A stretch of 64,000 nucleotides of DNA from Paraphysomonas bandaiensis (lineage: Eukaryota; Protista; Chrysophyceae), in assembly GCA_965644295.1 (NCBI GenBank), contig CBFFRP010000241.1, positions 1 to 64,000 of the forward strand, read 5' to 3'. The notes under the pieces are model-generated. The model saw only the letters and a list, made by a program, of their open reading frames with translations, was not told where the DNA came from and searched no databases. Shown here piece by piece: positions 1-8,212 of the stretch; the first letter of the stretch is position 1, and each line of letters opens with the position of its first letter. The translations under genes and the position numbers were made by a program.

Positions 1-76
1 TTTAATTTTTTTATTTTTTAATTATTTAATTTTTTAATTATTTATTTTGAAAGAAATACAGGAGTTAACATATGGT

Positions 77-409
77 TTATGGCTTGTCCATGAACACCGT
101 TATATCAATAAATTCAAACTTCTCAAATTTCTCAGTATTCTTGACTGAGCTTTTATAATAGTCATCAAAATCCTGAACGTTCAGCTGGTAACTGGTATAC
201 CCTTTAAATGTAAAGTATCTGTGACCATTTAATGCTCTAACCATTATATTAGCATCTTCTGGTAAATTTTCCTCAACCATATTATATAAAAAGTGCATAT
301 CGGGTACATCTAATTCTTTACCTTTCTTTCTGTGTCTGAATCTAGTCGTAATTTCAACTGAGTTTTTAAAATCCTTCTCATCAATCTTATAAAATTTATA
401 TTTGTCCAT
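77..409 (-). CDS. Viral hypothetical protein (110 aa)
   Basis: ATG ORF preceded by the element's shared AT-rich upstream motif; viral codon usage. Confidence 0.7.
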   Translation of the reverse strand: MDKYKFYKIDEKDFKNSVEITTRFRHRKKGKELDVPDMHFLYNMVEENLPEDANIMVRALNGHRYFTFKGYTSYQLNVQDFDDYYKSSVKNTEKFEKFEFIDITVFMDKP

Positions 410-441
410 TAATATATACTATATATTAATTTTTTAAATAA

Positions 442-672
442 TTAAATTTTTATTTTTTTAATATCATAAATTTTTATTCTGTTAATTAGTTGGCTTAATG
501 ATGGATGTAAGTATTTACATGTTGTACGTGACTCACATAAAGCGTTAAGTTTCCTAGCTTCTGAATATTGTATATCATATTCCTGTGCTATTGCCTTATA
601 GGATGTAAAATTTTGTGATGAAATCAGATTATTATTATTATCATATACTTCTACTATAAATTTATCTCTCAT
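442..672 (-). CDS. Small viral protein, NUMOD1/IENR1-like helix-turn-helix DNA-binding candidate (76 aa)
   Basis: VEVYDNNNNLISSQNFTSYKAIAQEYDI resembles the NUMOD1 pattern VxVYDxxGNLIxxFxSxxxAAxxLxI; shared upstream motif. Confidence 0.5.
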   Translation of the reverse strand: MRDKFIVEVYDNNNNLISSQNFTSYKAIAQEYDIQYSEARKLNALCESRTTCKYLHPSLSQLINRIKIYDIKKIKI

Positions 673-721
673 TAATATATATTTATATATTAATTTTTTA
701 AATAAATTATTTTTTATTTTT

Positions 722-2233
722 TTAAATATTTATATTGAAAGTTTTCATTATGTTTTTCACTGTCTCGTGACTAGCTCGCGGCGTTTCATCTTCATCTGTA
801 TCTTCATCTTCATCTGTATCATCATCTGTATCTTCATCTGTTTTATCGCTTTTTTTATTGCTGAGCTTTTTAATAGCGCTTGTAACAGTATTTGTATTGC
901 AACGTTTTTTAATTGTATCTTTAATATTATATTCTACATCGGGGCCATCATCATATTCATCTAATTCATGAACCCAATGTAAAGATTCAGCTACTTTATT
1001 TAATTCGTCTAATGTAACATTATACGCATTACGTCTATCTTTATTCTTTTTGTGAATAAAATTTAATTCACTCATGACCTTATTAAAATCAATTGTATGT
1101 TTAACAGGTTTAATATTATTTTGAGTACAATACTGGATATAATGGTTAAATATTTCTTTAACAAGTATATTATTTATATCCAATCTCTTTAATATAAATT
1201 CATCCTTTAAAAACATTTCAACGCTTCCTAATCTCTTGGCGTATGCATCTAACTTGTTTTTTGTGATAGGAAAATTTTGACTATAAAATTTTTCTGTGTT
1301 GTATTCCATTAAATAACAGTAAAAAGCATGTCCTACCTCGTTATTAAAGCATAGATTACGTAGCCATCCAAAATATTTTAAGTCATTACGTTTTTTACAA
1401 CAAACATCACAAATAAAATACCTTCTTCCGCATTCCTCATTTAAACTATAATTTGCATTAATTAAATAATTATTAATATTTGCTGCCTGATATGTTGATT
1501 CATGCTTTTGATTTATTATATAAACGTCGCTCGTCGTATATCGTTTTAATTTTGTATTGATTGCGTCCCAGTCAGCCCTGCTTTGTTTTTCTAATTCTTC
1601 AAAATATACAAATAATTTACCTCCTAGATCTGAATTAAATTTGGATGTCAACACGTCTGCGCCAGCCTCTAAACACAGGTCACGACCAAGTACGTAAGTA
1701 TTCATAAATAGGGATATGGTTGATTTACCTATACCCTGAGGGCCTTTTAAAAATATAATGGATTCATTTTTATTACCCTTTGTCATGTTTGCAAACCACT
1801 TTAATAAATATTCATATTGCGCCTGATCATTGGATGCCAATATTTCTTTAATATATGATAAAAACGCCTGTACACCTTCCTTGCTCTCATCATCAAAGTC
1901 TTCATATGGTTTATAGTCATGTGCAAACTGAGCGGCTAAATTTAGTTTCTTTTTATCAGGGAATATACCTTTACCTAATTCATAAACTATTTTACGAAGG
2001 TTTTTAAATTCAGTGAAATAATATTTGGCTATCCGTTTATCCATTCTGTTAAAATACGTTTCTTTAACTTTTTTGTGTTCCATAATGCTAAATTTTTTAT
2101 GTCCTGTTCTAAGTGCATGTGCACCACTTGTAAGTGGGAAAAAATAATTTGTTACGTAAGCTTTGGACTGTTCATAAGTCAGGTTATCAAGGTGTTCTAA
2201 ATCAAACTCTTCAAAACTCTCTTTTGTACTCAT
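722..2233 (-). CDS. Superfamily 3 (D5-like) helicase/NTPase
   Basis: YLLKWFA..KGNKNESIIFLKGPQGIGKST (Walker A), LFVYFEE (Walker B), LINAN (motif C), GRRYF (arginine finger); acidic C-terminal tail; no recognisable primase domain. Confidence 0.88.
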   Translation of the reverse strand: MSTKESFEEFDLEHLDNLTYEQSKAYVTNYFFPLTSGAHALRTGHKKFSIMEHKKVKETYFNRMDKRIAKYYFTEFKNLRKIVYELGKGIFPDKKKLNLAAQFAHDYKPYEDFDDESKEGVQAFLSYIKEILASNDQAQYEYLLKWFANMTKGNKNESIIFLKGPQGIGKSTISLFMNTYVLGRDLCLEAGADVLTSKFNSDLGGKLFVYFEELEKQSRADWDAINTKLKRYTTSDVYIINQKHESTYQAANINNYLINANYSLNEECGRRYFICDVCCKKRNDLKYFGWLRNLCFNNEVGHAFYCYLMEYNTEKFYSQNFPITKNKLDAYAKRLGSVEMFLKDEFILKRLDINNILVKEIFNHYIQYCTQNNIKPVKHTIDFNKVMSELNFIHKKNKDRRNAYNVTLDELNKVAESLHWVHELDEYDDGPDVEYNIKDTIKKRCNTNTVTSAIKKLSNKKSDKTDEDTDDDTDEDEDTDEDETPRASHETVKNIMKTFNINI

Positions 2234-2316
2234 TAATATACAAATATATATTATTTTTTAAATAATAAATTTTTTAATTTTTTATTTTTTTAAAAATCTA
2301 AAGGTTTTTTATAAAT

Positions 2317-3666
2317 TTAATATTGCAATGTTGCAAAACCGTTTTCAATTAAAATGACTTGATCAAAATAAGCGTATGTGTCTATGCGTGCGGTTACAGT
2401 AGGGGCACTTGAGGAAAAACGAGGCATAAAAAATATATCGTCAGTGCTAGAATTATAACCCTGGTATACTGTTTCCATACCTGAGCTGCTGTAACTTTCT
2501 AGATCTAAACCTAAGTAAAAGTTAGAACTTGGCGCCACGCCGTCATAATCGGCTGCTGTCTCGGTGCTAGCATCTGACGCTTGCATATCATAAGTATTTA
2601 GATTGATGGAGGGCTCATGATTCAAATCGCTTATGCTACCAATTGCACGGATTAATTCGCCGAAAAATTCAGGGACACAACTAGGTGCTTTAGTTGGTAC
2701 AGTCTTACTACCCAATCGGACACTGTATGACTCTAAACCGAAATGATTTGATGACAGAGGGAAATATGTGACTGCTCCAGCGTGTTTATCACGCATACTG
2801 AAAAATAGAGATCTTAAAGAGTTATATTTAGCGGGTACGGGAATACTAAGTTCAACGTTATCGGCAATATTTCCAGTATGTGAATAATTTCTGTAATCTT
2901 GTACAACCCACCTTAAAGGTCCATTTGATGCCAAATTAATTTTATTCATTGCGTCATCTGATAACTCCATAAAATTACAAACATATTCAACGTCATTAAT
3001 AGCTATTGAATCTATGGCTTTATCGCAACAAATGCCCTCTAATGGATTATTAACCAGAACTATTTCTAGACGTAAAGGCGCGCCGGTCATTGCGAACAGT
3101 GGAATATATTTATCACTGTAGCTTAAAAAATTCATTATTGGTATTGTATAATATCTTTTAGTTGTGCTACCTCCGTCAGGAATTGTTGAAAAATCATTAA
3201 GTCTTTCGCCGATGGTTAAAGATTCGTACGTATTTGCTGTACCATCAACAAGTCCATAACATTCCGTACCTGATAAAATCGAATGCTTATTAACAAAAGA
3301 GTCATTAGACTGTTGCAAAGCCATTAACTGACCAACTAGATTATTATAATTTTGGATATCTGAAAGTAATGTGGAGCCATGAAATACTCGCACTCTAGAA
3401 ATTAGGGAATGAATACCGGCCTTATCTAGTCTGGCAAATTGAGAAACGGCCGTAGTTGTCGCTGTGTTTACTATTAAGCTTAATTTTAAAAGTGAATCAG
3501 CACCCGACATTACGAGATTACGACCTGTAGGAATATTAATAATTATTGTTTCTCCTGCACCATATGGCCCCAAACCATTTTGTGGAGCTATATTATTCTG
3601 ATAATTACGCGCGTAACTTGAATTTATATTATTTGTATATAATACGTTTTTTGGTAATCCTGACAT
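2317..3666 (-). CDS. Major capsid protein, double jelly-roll, Polinton-like-virus type
   Basis: 449 aa, beta-rich; IAPQNG..Y..GETIIINIP, IHSLISRVRVFHGSTLLSDIQNYN, YIPLFAM..APLRLEIVL, INDVEYVCNFMEL, NFYLGLDLE are typical of PLV MCPs; lies next to a penton-like gene. Confidence 0.82.
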   Translation of the reverse strand: MSGLPKNVLYTNNINSSYARNYQNNIAPQNGLGPYGAGETIIINIPTGRNLVMSGADSLLKLSLIVNTATTTAVSQFARLDKAGIHSLISRVRVFHGSTLLSDIQNYNNLVGQLMALQQSNDSFVNKHSILSGTECYGLVDGTANTYESLTIGERLNDFSTIPDGGSTTKRYYTIPIMNFLSYSDKYIPLFAMTGAPLRLEIVLVNNPLEGICCDKAIDSIAINDVEYVCNFMELSDDAMNKINLASNGPLRWVVQDYRNYSHTGNIADNVELSIPVPAKYNSLRSLFFSMRDKHAGAVTYFPLSSNHFGLESYSVRLGSKTVPTKAPSCVPEFFGELIRAIGSISDLNHEPSINLNTYDMQASDASTETAADYDGVAPSSNFYLGLDLESYSSSGMETVYQGYNSSTDDIFFMPRFSSSAPTVTARIDTYAYFDQVILIENGFATLQY

Positions 3667-3695
3667 ATATACTATAAATAGATAAATATTTTTTA
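3667..3695 (-). promoter_or_regulatory. Putative viral late promoter of MCP (AT-rich TCTA motif)
   Basis: Minus strand AAAAATATTTA-TCTA-TTTATAGTATAT-ATG; equivalent TCTA/TCTC/TCTG/TATA cores 9-16 nt upstream of most other viral ATGs. Confidence 0.55.
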
Positions 3696-3714
3696 TAGTA
3701 TAATAAAATATAAT

Positions 3715-4155
3715 TTATATAAATGTGCTATCATCTTGTGTTAACTTAGCTAAAGCCTTTCTTGTGTTGTGTTTTTCTAATTTATTACCTGCGTTATGTG
3801 CTTTTTTAAATGCTTTTTTACTGTGTTTATCGGCTTTATTATGGAGCTTATGTAGCTTATGTACGCCTTTATGTCCTTCGTGTAATCCTGCTTCCAATAG
3901 TCTGGATGCTGATCCAACAACGGGCATTGTATTTAATCCTGCTTCATTAATAGCGTGTATAGTTTTATCGCCGACGCCTAATATTTTATCTGCTACGTTA
4001 ATTGCCTTTGCTGATTTATCAAGTCCTTTATTTACTCCATGTTGGACCTTGTCTAATACGTCGTGTGTTTTTTGTCCTAGTTTATGTATGCGATGGTCTG
4101 CTTTGCGTCCTAGTTTGCGAAATTTACGATTTAACTTTTTGCCTAGTTTTGACAT
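3715..4155 (-). CDS. Basic Lys/His-rich virion core-like protein (146 aa)
   Basis: Between penton and MCP; repeated KLG/KLH motifs, strongly basic ends, hydrophobic Gly-containing middle; upstream motif nearly identical to that of MCP. Confidence 0.6.
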   Translation of the reverse strand: MSKLGKKLNRKFRKLGRKADHRIHKLGQKTHDVLDKVQHGVNKGLDKSAKAINVADKILGVGDKTIHAINEAGLNTMPVVGSASRLLEAGLHEGHKGVHKLHKLHNKADKHSKKAFKKAHNAGNKLEKHNTRKALAKLTQDDSTFI

Positions 4156-4185
4156 GTATATATACTATATTGAGAGAAATATTTT

Positions 4186-4923
4186 TTATTCAATAGTTAA
4201 TAATAAATTTAAAGACCAATGTAAACCGTTTAATTCCAATACATCTGCGTCTTGGTCTAATAATTGGACATGTAAAGTATTTATATTATGTATATCATGT
4301 ACTAAGCTCTTAATATTATTAATATTTTTATAATTAATAATACTTCCTGCGTTAACATCAACAGGGACAGAGGTAATAATAGAGGCTTTATTAGGTGTGG
4401 CACTATTTATATTATTTAAAACAAAATTAGACGATGCTATTAAAACGTTTCTTACTGTAAATAGATTTATACCAATTGTTGATAATAATATTAATGAATC
4501 TGAATAATAGGTTATATTATCTTCAAATCCTAATAATTCAAAACAGGTTGAAGTGTCTGAAAAAGAAAAATCATAAGTACTATGGGTAAATTGTAATTTA
4601 TTAGTTGATGAGTTATAATTTATTGTAAATCCTGGTTCTAAATTGGACTGTAAAAAACTTATTAATGTTCTAATGTTATAATTGGCTTTTGTAATTGTAA
4701 GTGAATATGGAATACTATTTAATGTATAATTCAGTGTGTTATTGGTTGAATTAACATTATAAAAAGAGTATGGAATAGAGGCGTCAATTACTGATATATA
4801 GGCTTTATGACGTCGTTTAACATCTATCTTTGGTAATATAAAAATACAATCAGTAGTTTTATTATTTAGGTATTGGTTTGCTGTCTTGCTGTTTAGAACA
4901 ATCTGTATTTTCTCCATTAACAT
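4186..4923 (-). CDS. Minor capsid protein (penton), single jelly-roll
   Basis: IQIVLNSK, YISVIDASIPYSFYNVNSTNNTL, ITKANYNIRTLISFLQ and C-terminal LHVQLLDQDADVLELNGLHWSLNLLL match the PLV/Polinton penton pattern; true start may be ATG at 4917. Confidence 0.82.
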   Translation of the reverse strand: MLMEKIQIVLNSKTANQYLNNKTTDCIFILPKIDVKRRHKAYISVIDASIPYSFYNVNSTNNTLNYTLNSIPYSLTITKANYNIRTLISFLQSNLEPGFTINYNSSTNKLQFTHSTYDFSFSDTSTCFELLGFEDNITYYSDSLILLSTIGINLFTVRNVLIASSNFVLNNINSATPNKASIITSVPVDVNAGSIINYKNINNIKSLVHDIHNINTLHVQLLDQDADVLELNGLHWSLNLLLTIE

Positions 4924-5092
4924 TATCAGATATTTTTATTTCTGCAAAATCATAAGTCAACATGTCTGTATCTATATTATTATTTCTGTTTAATTTTGGT
5001 GTGTCTAAGTTAATCACTCTGTCTAAGTCTATAATATTTTTCTTTGGAAATTCATAATTATCATAGTCTATTTCCCATTCTAGGCCGTCCAT
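4862..5092 (-). CDS. Viral hypothetical acidic protein (~76 aa)
   Basis: ATG at 5092 preceded by TATACTTATAT context; overlaps penton start by ~60 bp. Confidence 0.4.
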   Translation of the reverse strand: MDGLEWEIDYDNYEFPKKNIIDLDRVINLDTPKLNRNNNIDTDMLTYDFAEIKISDNVNGENTDCSKQQDSKPIPK

Positions 5093-5218
5093 ATATAAGT
5101 ATATCACATAATATATTTATATATTTTACATCTAAGGAGATAATTTCGCGAACAATTATCGCGTTTTTATCCCTTAATTTACCTTATCAGTTTATCAGTT
5201 GCATTTTTTTATAATATT

Positions 5219-5503
5219 TTATTTCCATCCTACAGAATCGCTGCGATATTCACCGTGTAGAAAATCATATTTTCTTAATAATTCAGTCCTTTTATCTTCG
5301 TCTTTATTTTCATATATGATTAATTGCCGTTCATTTAATAGCTCTACTTGTAGCTCTTTTTTTTGTTTCTGAAGTTCTGATAATGTAATTTTCATGTCTT
5401 CTATTTCTCTATCTAAATTTCTTATCTCTTCCTGAATTTTAGGCATATGTGTTTTTCTAATACAATACACTTCTCCTTTCAACTTTAATAAATACTCACT
5501 CAT
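5219..5503 (-). CDS. Viral coiled-coil protein (94 aa)
   Basis: Heptad-rich ORF with shared upstream motif; similar to the neighbouring 110-aa ORF. Confidence 0.7.
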   Translation of the reverse strand: MSEYLLKLKGEVYCIRKTHMPKIQEEIRNLDREIEDMKITLSELQKQKKELQVELLNERQLIIYENKDEDKRTELLRKYDFLHGEYRSDSVGWK

Positions 5504-5629
5504 TATAATATATAACTATATATTTTTTTTAAATTATTTTATATTTTTACATATGTAATAATTGAAATAAATTTAAATTGTTGTTAATGGTCAGTTTCAC
5601 TGCTGTCATCAGTCAATGTCTCATTGCTG

Positions 5630-5962
5630 TTAACAGTCCTCGTCGCTGTCTGTGTCATCATCAATATAAACATTGGTATCATTTTTTTTGAAAAAATCCC
5701 CGCACAGTCGTAGGCGCCTCTTACCGGAATGCAATTCTAATAGCTGCCTCTTAGTTAACAAAGACATTTTTTTATTATTTATTTTATTGTCAAGTTTTAA
5801 TAATTCTTCTTTTATGTTATTCTGTTTATCTATTAAAATGTTCATTTCCTTTGTGTCTTGTTCTATTTCGTCCTGTACGTTTGTTTTGTAATCGCGATTA
5901 ATACTAAAGAGTCTCTCTTCTATTTTCATAAAGAAAAATTTATTACTTTCGGCCTTTGACAT
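5630..5962 (-). CDS. Viral coiled-coil protein (110 aa), probable paralog of 5219..5503
   Basis: FFMKIEERLFSINRDYKTNVQDEI..SLLTKRQLL aligns with YLLKLKGEVYCIRKTHMPKIQEEI..ELLNERQLI. Confidence 0.65.
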   Translation of the reverse strand: MSKAESNKFFFMKIEERLFSINRDYKTNVQDEIEQDTKEMNILIDKQNNIKEELLKLDNKINNKKMSLLTKRQLLELHSGKRRLRLCGDFFKKNDTNVYIDDDTDSDEDC

Positions 5963-6001
5963 TATAATGTATCATTACAAAAAAATAATTCTATAATGTT
6001 T

Positions 6002-6433
6002 TTAATCCGTTAGTTTATCAATAGTATTTATTGAATATGCCCACTTATCCGTTTTCATTTTCTTTTTATCGCCGTCATTTTCAATAATATAAACAACTGA
6101 TTCCCAAAACTTATTTTTAAGATAAAATTCATCTAGAACATCATCGCCTTCGTTTTCTCTTAAACCTAAATTAATAACAGCTTTTTCACGCCAATCATAA
6201 CATTCAGGTATATTGTCTACTGGTCTAAAAGTAAGAAGATTGCTATTTATATCACTCTCATTAAACCGTCTGTTTAATATAGCATTGACTTCATCAGCTG
6301 GCCTTTTTAACTTATGTTTTAGACAGTCAGAAGGATTATTATGAATGAACTTTTTATGTTTGTAATAGTACTTACCGTTATACTTGGAATCAACATTTTC
6401 GCAACAACTAAAATATTTTATTTCTTTTGACAT
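6002..6433 (-). CDS. Viral hypothetical protein (143 aa), first gene from the right terminus
   Basis: ATG ORF with A9-TCTA-13 nt-ATG upstream. Confidence 0.7.
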   Translation of the reverse strand: MSKEIKYFSCCENVDSKYNGKYYYKHKKFIHNNPSDCLKHKLKRPADEVNAILNRRFNESDINSNLLTFRPVDNIPECYDWREKAVINLGLRENEGDDVLDEFYLKNKFWESVVYIIENDGDKKKMKTDKWAYSINTIDKLTD

Positions 6434-6575
6434 TATAATGTAACTATAGATTTTTTTTTAATTATTTTATATTTTTACATATGTAAAACAGGGAGTAAAA
6501 TACGGCATGTCTATATATAGTGTTAAACAGGTCTGTTGTTCCGTCTATCTGTTGTAATTGTTCGGTGTTTAAGTC

Positions 6576-6652
6576 AGGGTTGGTTGATTGTTTGGTTAAT
6601 AGGGTCGGTTGATCGCTGGGGTTAATAGGGTCGGTTGATCGCTGGGGTTAAT
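6576..6652. repeat. 26-bp tandem repeat in the viral terminal non-coding region
   Basis: AGGGTCGGTTGATCGCTGGGGTTAAT exact at 6601-6626 and 6627-6652, degenerate copy at 6576-6600. Confidence 0.9.
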
Positions 6653-6978
6653 ATGTATAGTATTATTTTATTTTGATTACATTTTTTTTGACATTTTTGT
6701 TGAAAATATTTATTTCTGATATTTATTTTTTAGAAAAAAGTTTTTTTTTAAGAAAAATGTTGTAAAAAATGTAGTGTATACTGTTGCAAAATTTGTGAAA
6801 ATAAGATTTTTTTTGCATTTTTTATTGTGAAAGGTGACACGACATTTTTTATGTAAAAAAGTGTATAAAAAAATGTAATGTACAATATTGGAAGCACTTG
6901 TACGTGATACACAGCGATACCATAGGGGTAAGGGTCAGTATAAATTAATAGTTTTCATGGTCACGGTTAACACGGCTA

Positions 6979-7006
6979 GGGTCGAAGACCCCCCCCCCCT
7001 CTCTCT
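6979..7006. other. Putative element terminus: GGGTC-GAA-GACCC hairpin, poly-C, (CT)4
   Basis: Read directly; Polinton/Maverick termini are 5'-AG...CT-3' with short terminal microsatellites. Confidence 0.6.
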
Positions 7007-7609
7007 GTGTATAATAGTGTAAATGACGTTATGTGTGTATCCGTTTATGGACTACTATAGAGAGGAACAGTAGTGTGTGGGCAAGAACCGTAGGAGTGCA
7101 TGTAACAATAATGTACTAGAATCGTGTTAAATAATGTACCTACACACGTAGGTGAACTCGAAGAAGAGAAAGGATATGATGAGGAAGACGAGTATGTACA
7201 AACCAAACAAGAAAGCACACATTCAACTGCCAACACGATATCGTTGCATCAAGCATTTATATATATATTGCACTCATTCAGAGGAACCGGGTGGTGTGTG
7301 TGTGCAACGATAATGGACTATTATCATTGAATAGCAATACTAATCATGATTATTCTTTATTCAATAGTATTTAAAGTAAAATATTTTTCATAGCAATATA
7401 TATAAGAGATCTAAATTTATTAATATAATATATAAAAGATGATTAATTGTTATTAAAGTATAGTATTTTTATATAATTAATTATAGTGAAAAGGATGGAT
7501 AAATAAAACGTTTTTACATTACGATACGGAGAGTCTTCTTGGCTCAGGATGAATGCCTGAGCAGCTTAAGCGTTCCGGTACCCTCCTCCCTCCTCCCTCC
7601 TCTCTGTGT

Positions 7610-7830
7610 GCACTCAAAAGAGTCGGACTTGCACCTTTTCTAGATATTGTTCTGCACACTTATAGCCGAATGCTTGTGTGGTACAAGGGACACTACAATA
7701 AGTGTCACTTGTGTAGATGTCTTTGGGCCTTGGCGAATAAACAGGCATCCGGGAATGGGCCCACCTTAAGGGCATATTGAAAGTCTTGTTATTTAGCAAT
7801 AGGCGTTAACAACTCGTGCCAATATAGTGG
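7610..7830. repeat. Fragment of dispersed long-TIR element family (other copies ~19710-19860, ~21880-21990, ~24915-25420, 49196-50253, ~60400-60535, ~61370-61460)
   Basis: Shared block atgcttgtgtggtacaagggacac..ataagtgtcacttgtgtaga(t/c)gtcttt, here inverted relative to 49570-49670. Confidence 0.8.
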
Positions 7831-8212
7831 CATCCGGGGTTTCAGGCTGCCTGTAATGGTGCCCTAGTTTCTTTAAATTGATTATATGAACTGGAGAGTT
7901 GGAAGGAGATGAGCCCCTAAATTACACCCCTTACCAATAAGTCGACAGTGCTTAGATGCTTAGTAGCACTAGAATGAAAAAGCAATCCTAACGCCGTGTG
8001 CACACAACAGTTCAATATGACCGCACAAGAGTTATCATTACCTCCTTACATGTACTATACACTGCATGTCGACCTGAATTTGCCATTCTACAGTCATACA
8101 ACACAACCGGCTAACTAATAAAACTTTGTTGAGCTACACTACACTAACACCTAAACAAAACGAGTAATAAACTCCATAACGCTTTCAGAGGCTATTACGA
8201 CAGGCTTCAACT

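Larger units (their letters stand above)
1..7006 (-). mobile_element. Endogenous Polinton-like virus (PLV/Maverick-like), right arm; left part lies outside the window
   Basis: Very AT-rich, intronless, tightly packed co-oriented ORFs including MCP-, penton- and SF3-helicase-like proteins; shared upstream motif; ends in C11-T-(CT)3 at 6989-7006 (5'-AGAGAGAG on minus), followed by intron-containing host DNA. Confidence 0.88.

Noticed and set aside
2270-2316. Mimivirus-style 3' polyadenylation hairpins after viral genes
   Set aside because: Only weak A/T-run pairing, expected by chance at this composition
3725-4333. 202-aa plus-strand ORF in the virus
   Set aside because: Antisense shadow of the Lys-rich gene; non-ATG start and no shared promoter motif
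1-6433. Bacteriophage or bacterial contaminant
   Set aside because: No Shine-Dalgarno pattern or phage head/tail genes; capsid/penton pair is PLV-type and contiguous with intron-containing DNA
7124-7330. 68-aa acidic ORF as part of the virus
   Set aside because: Opposite strand, beyond the (CT)4 end, non-ATG start, lacks the viral promoter motif
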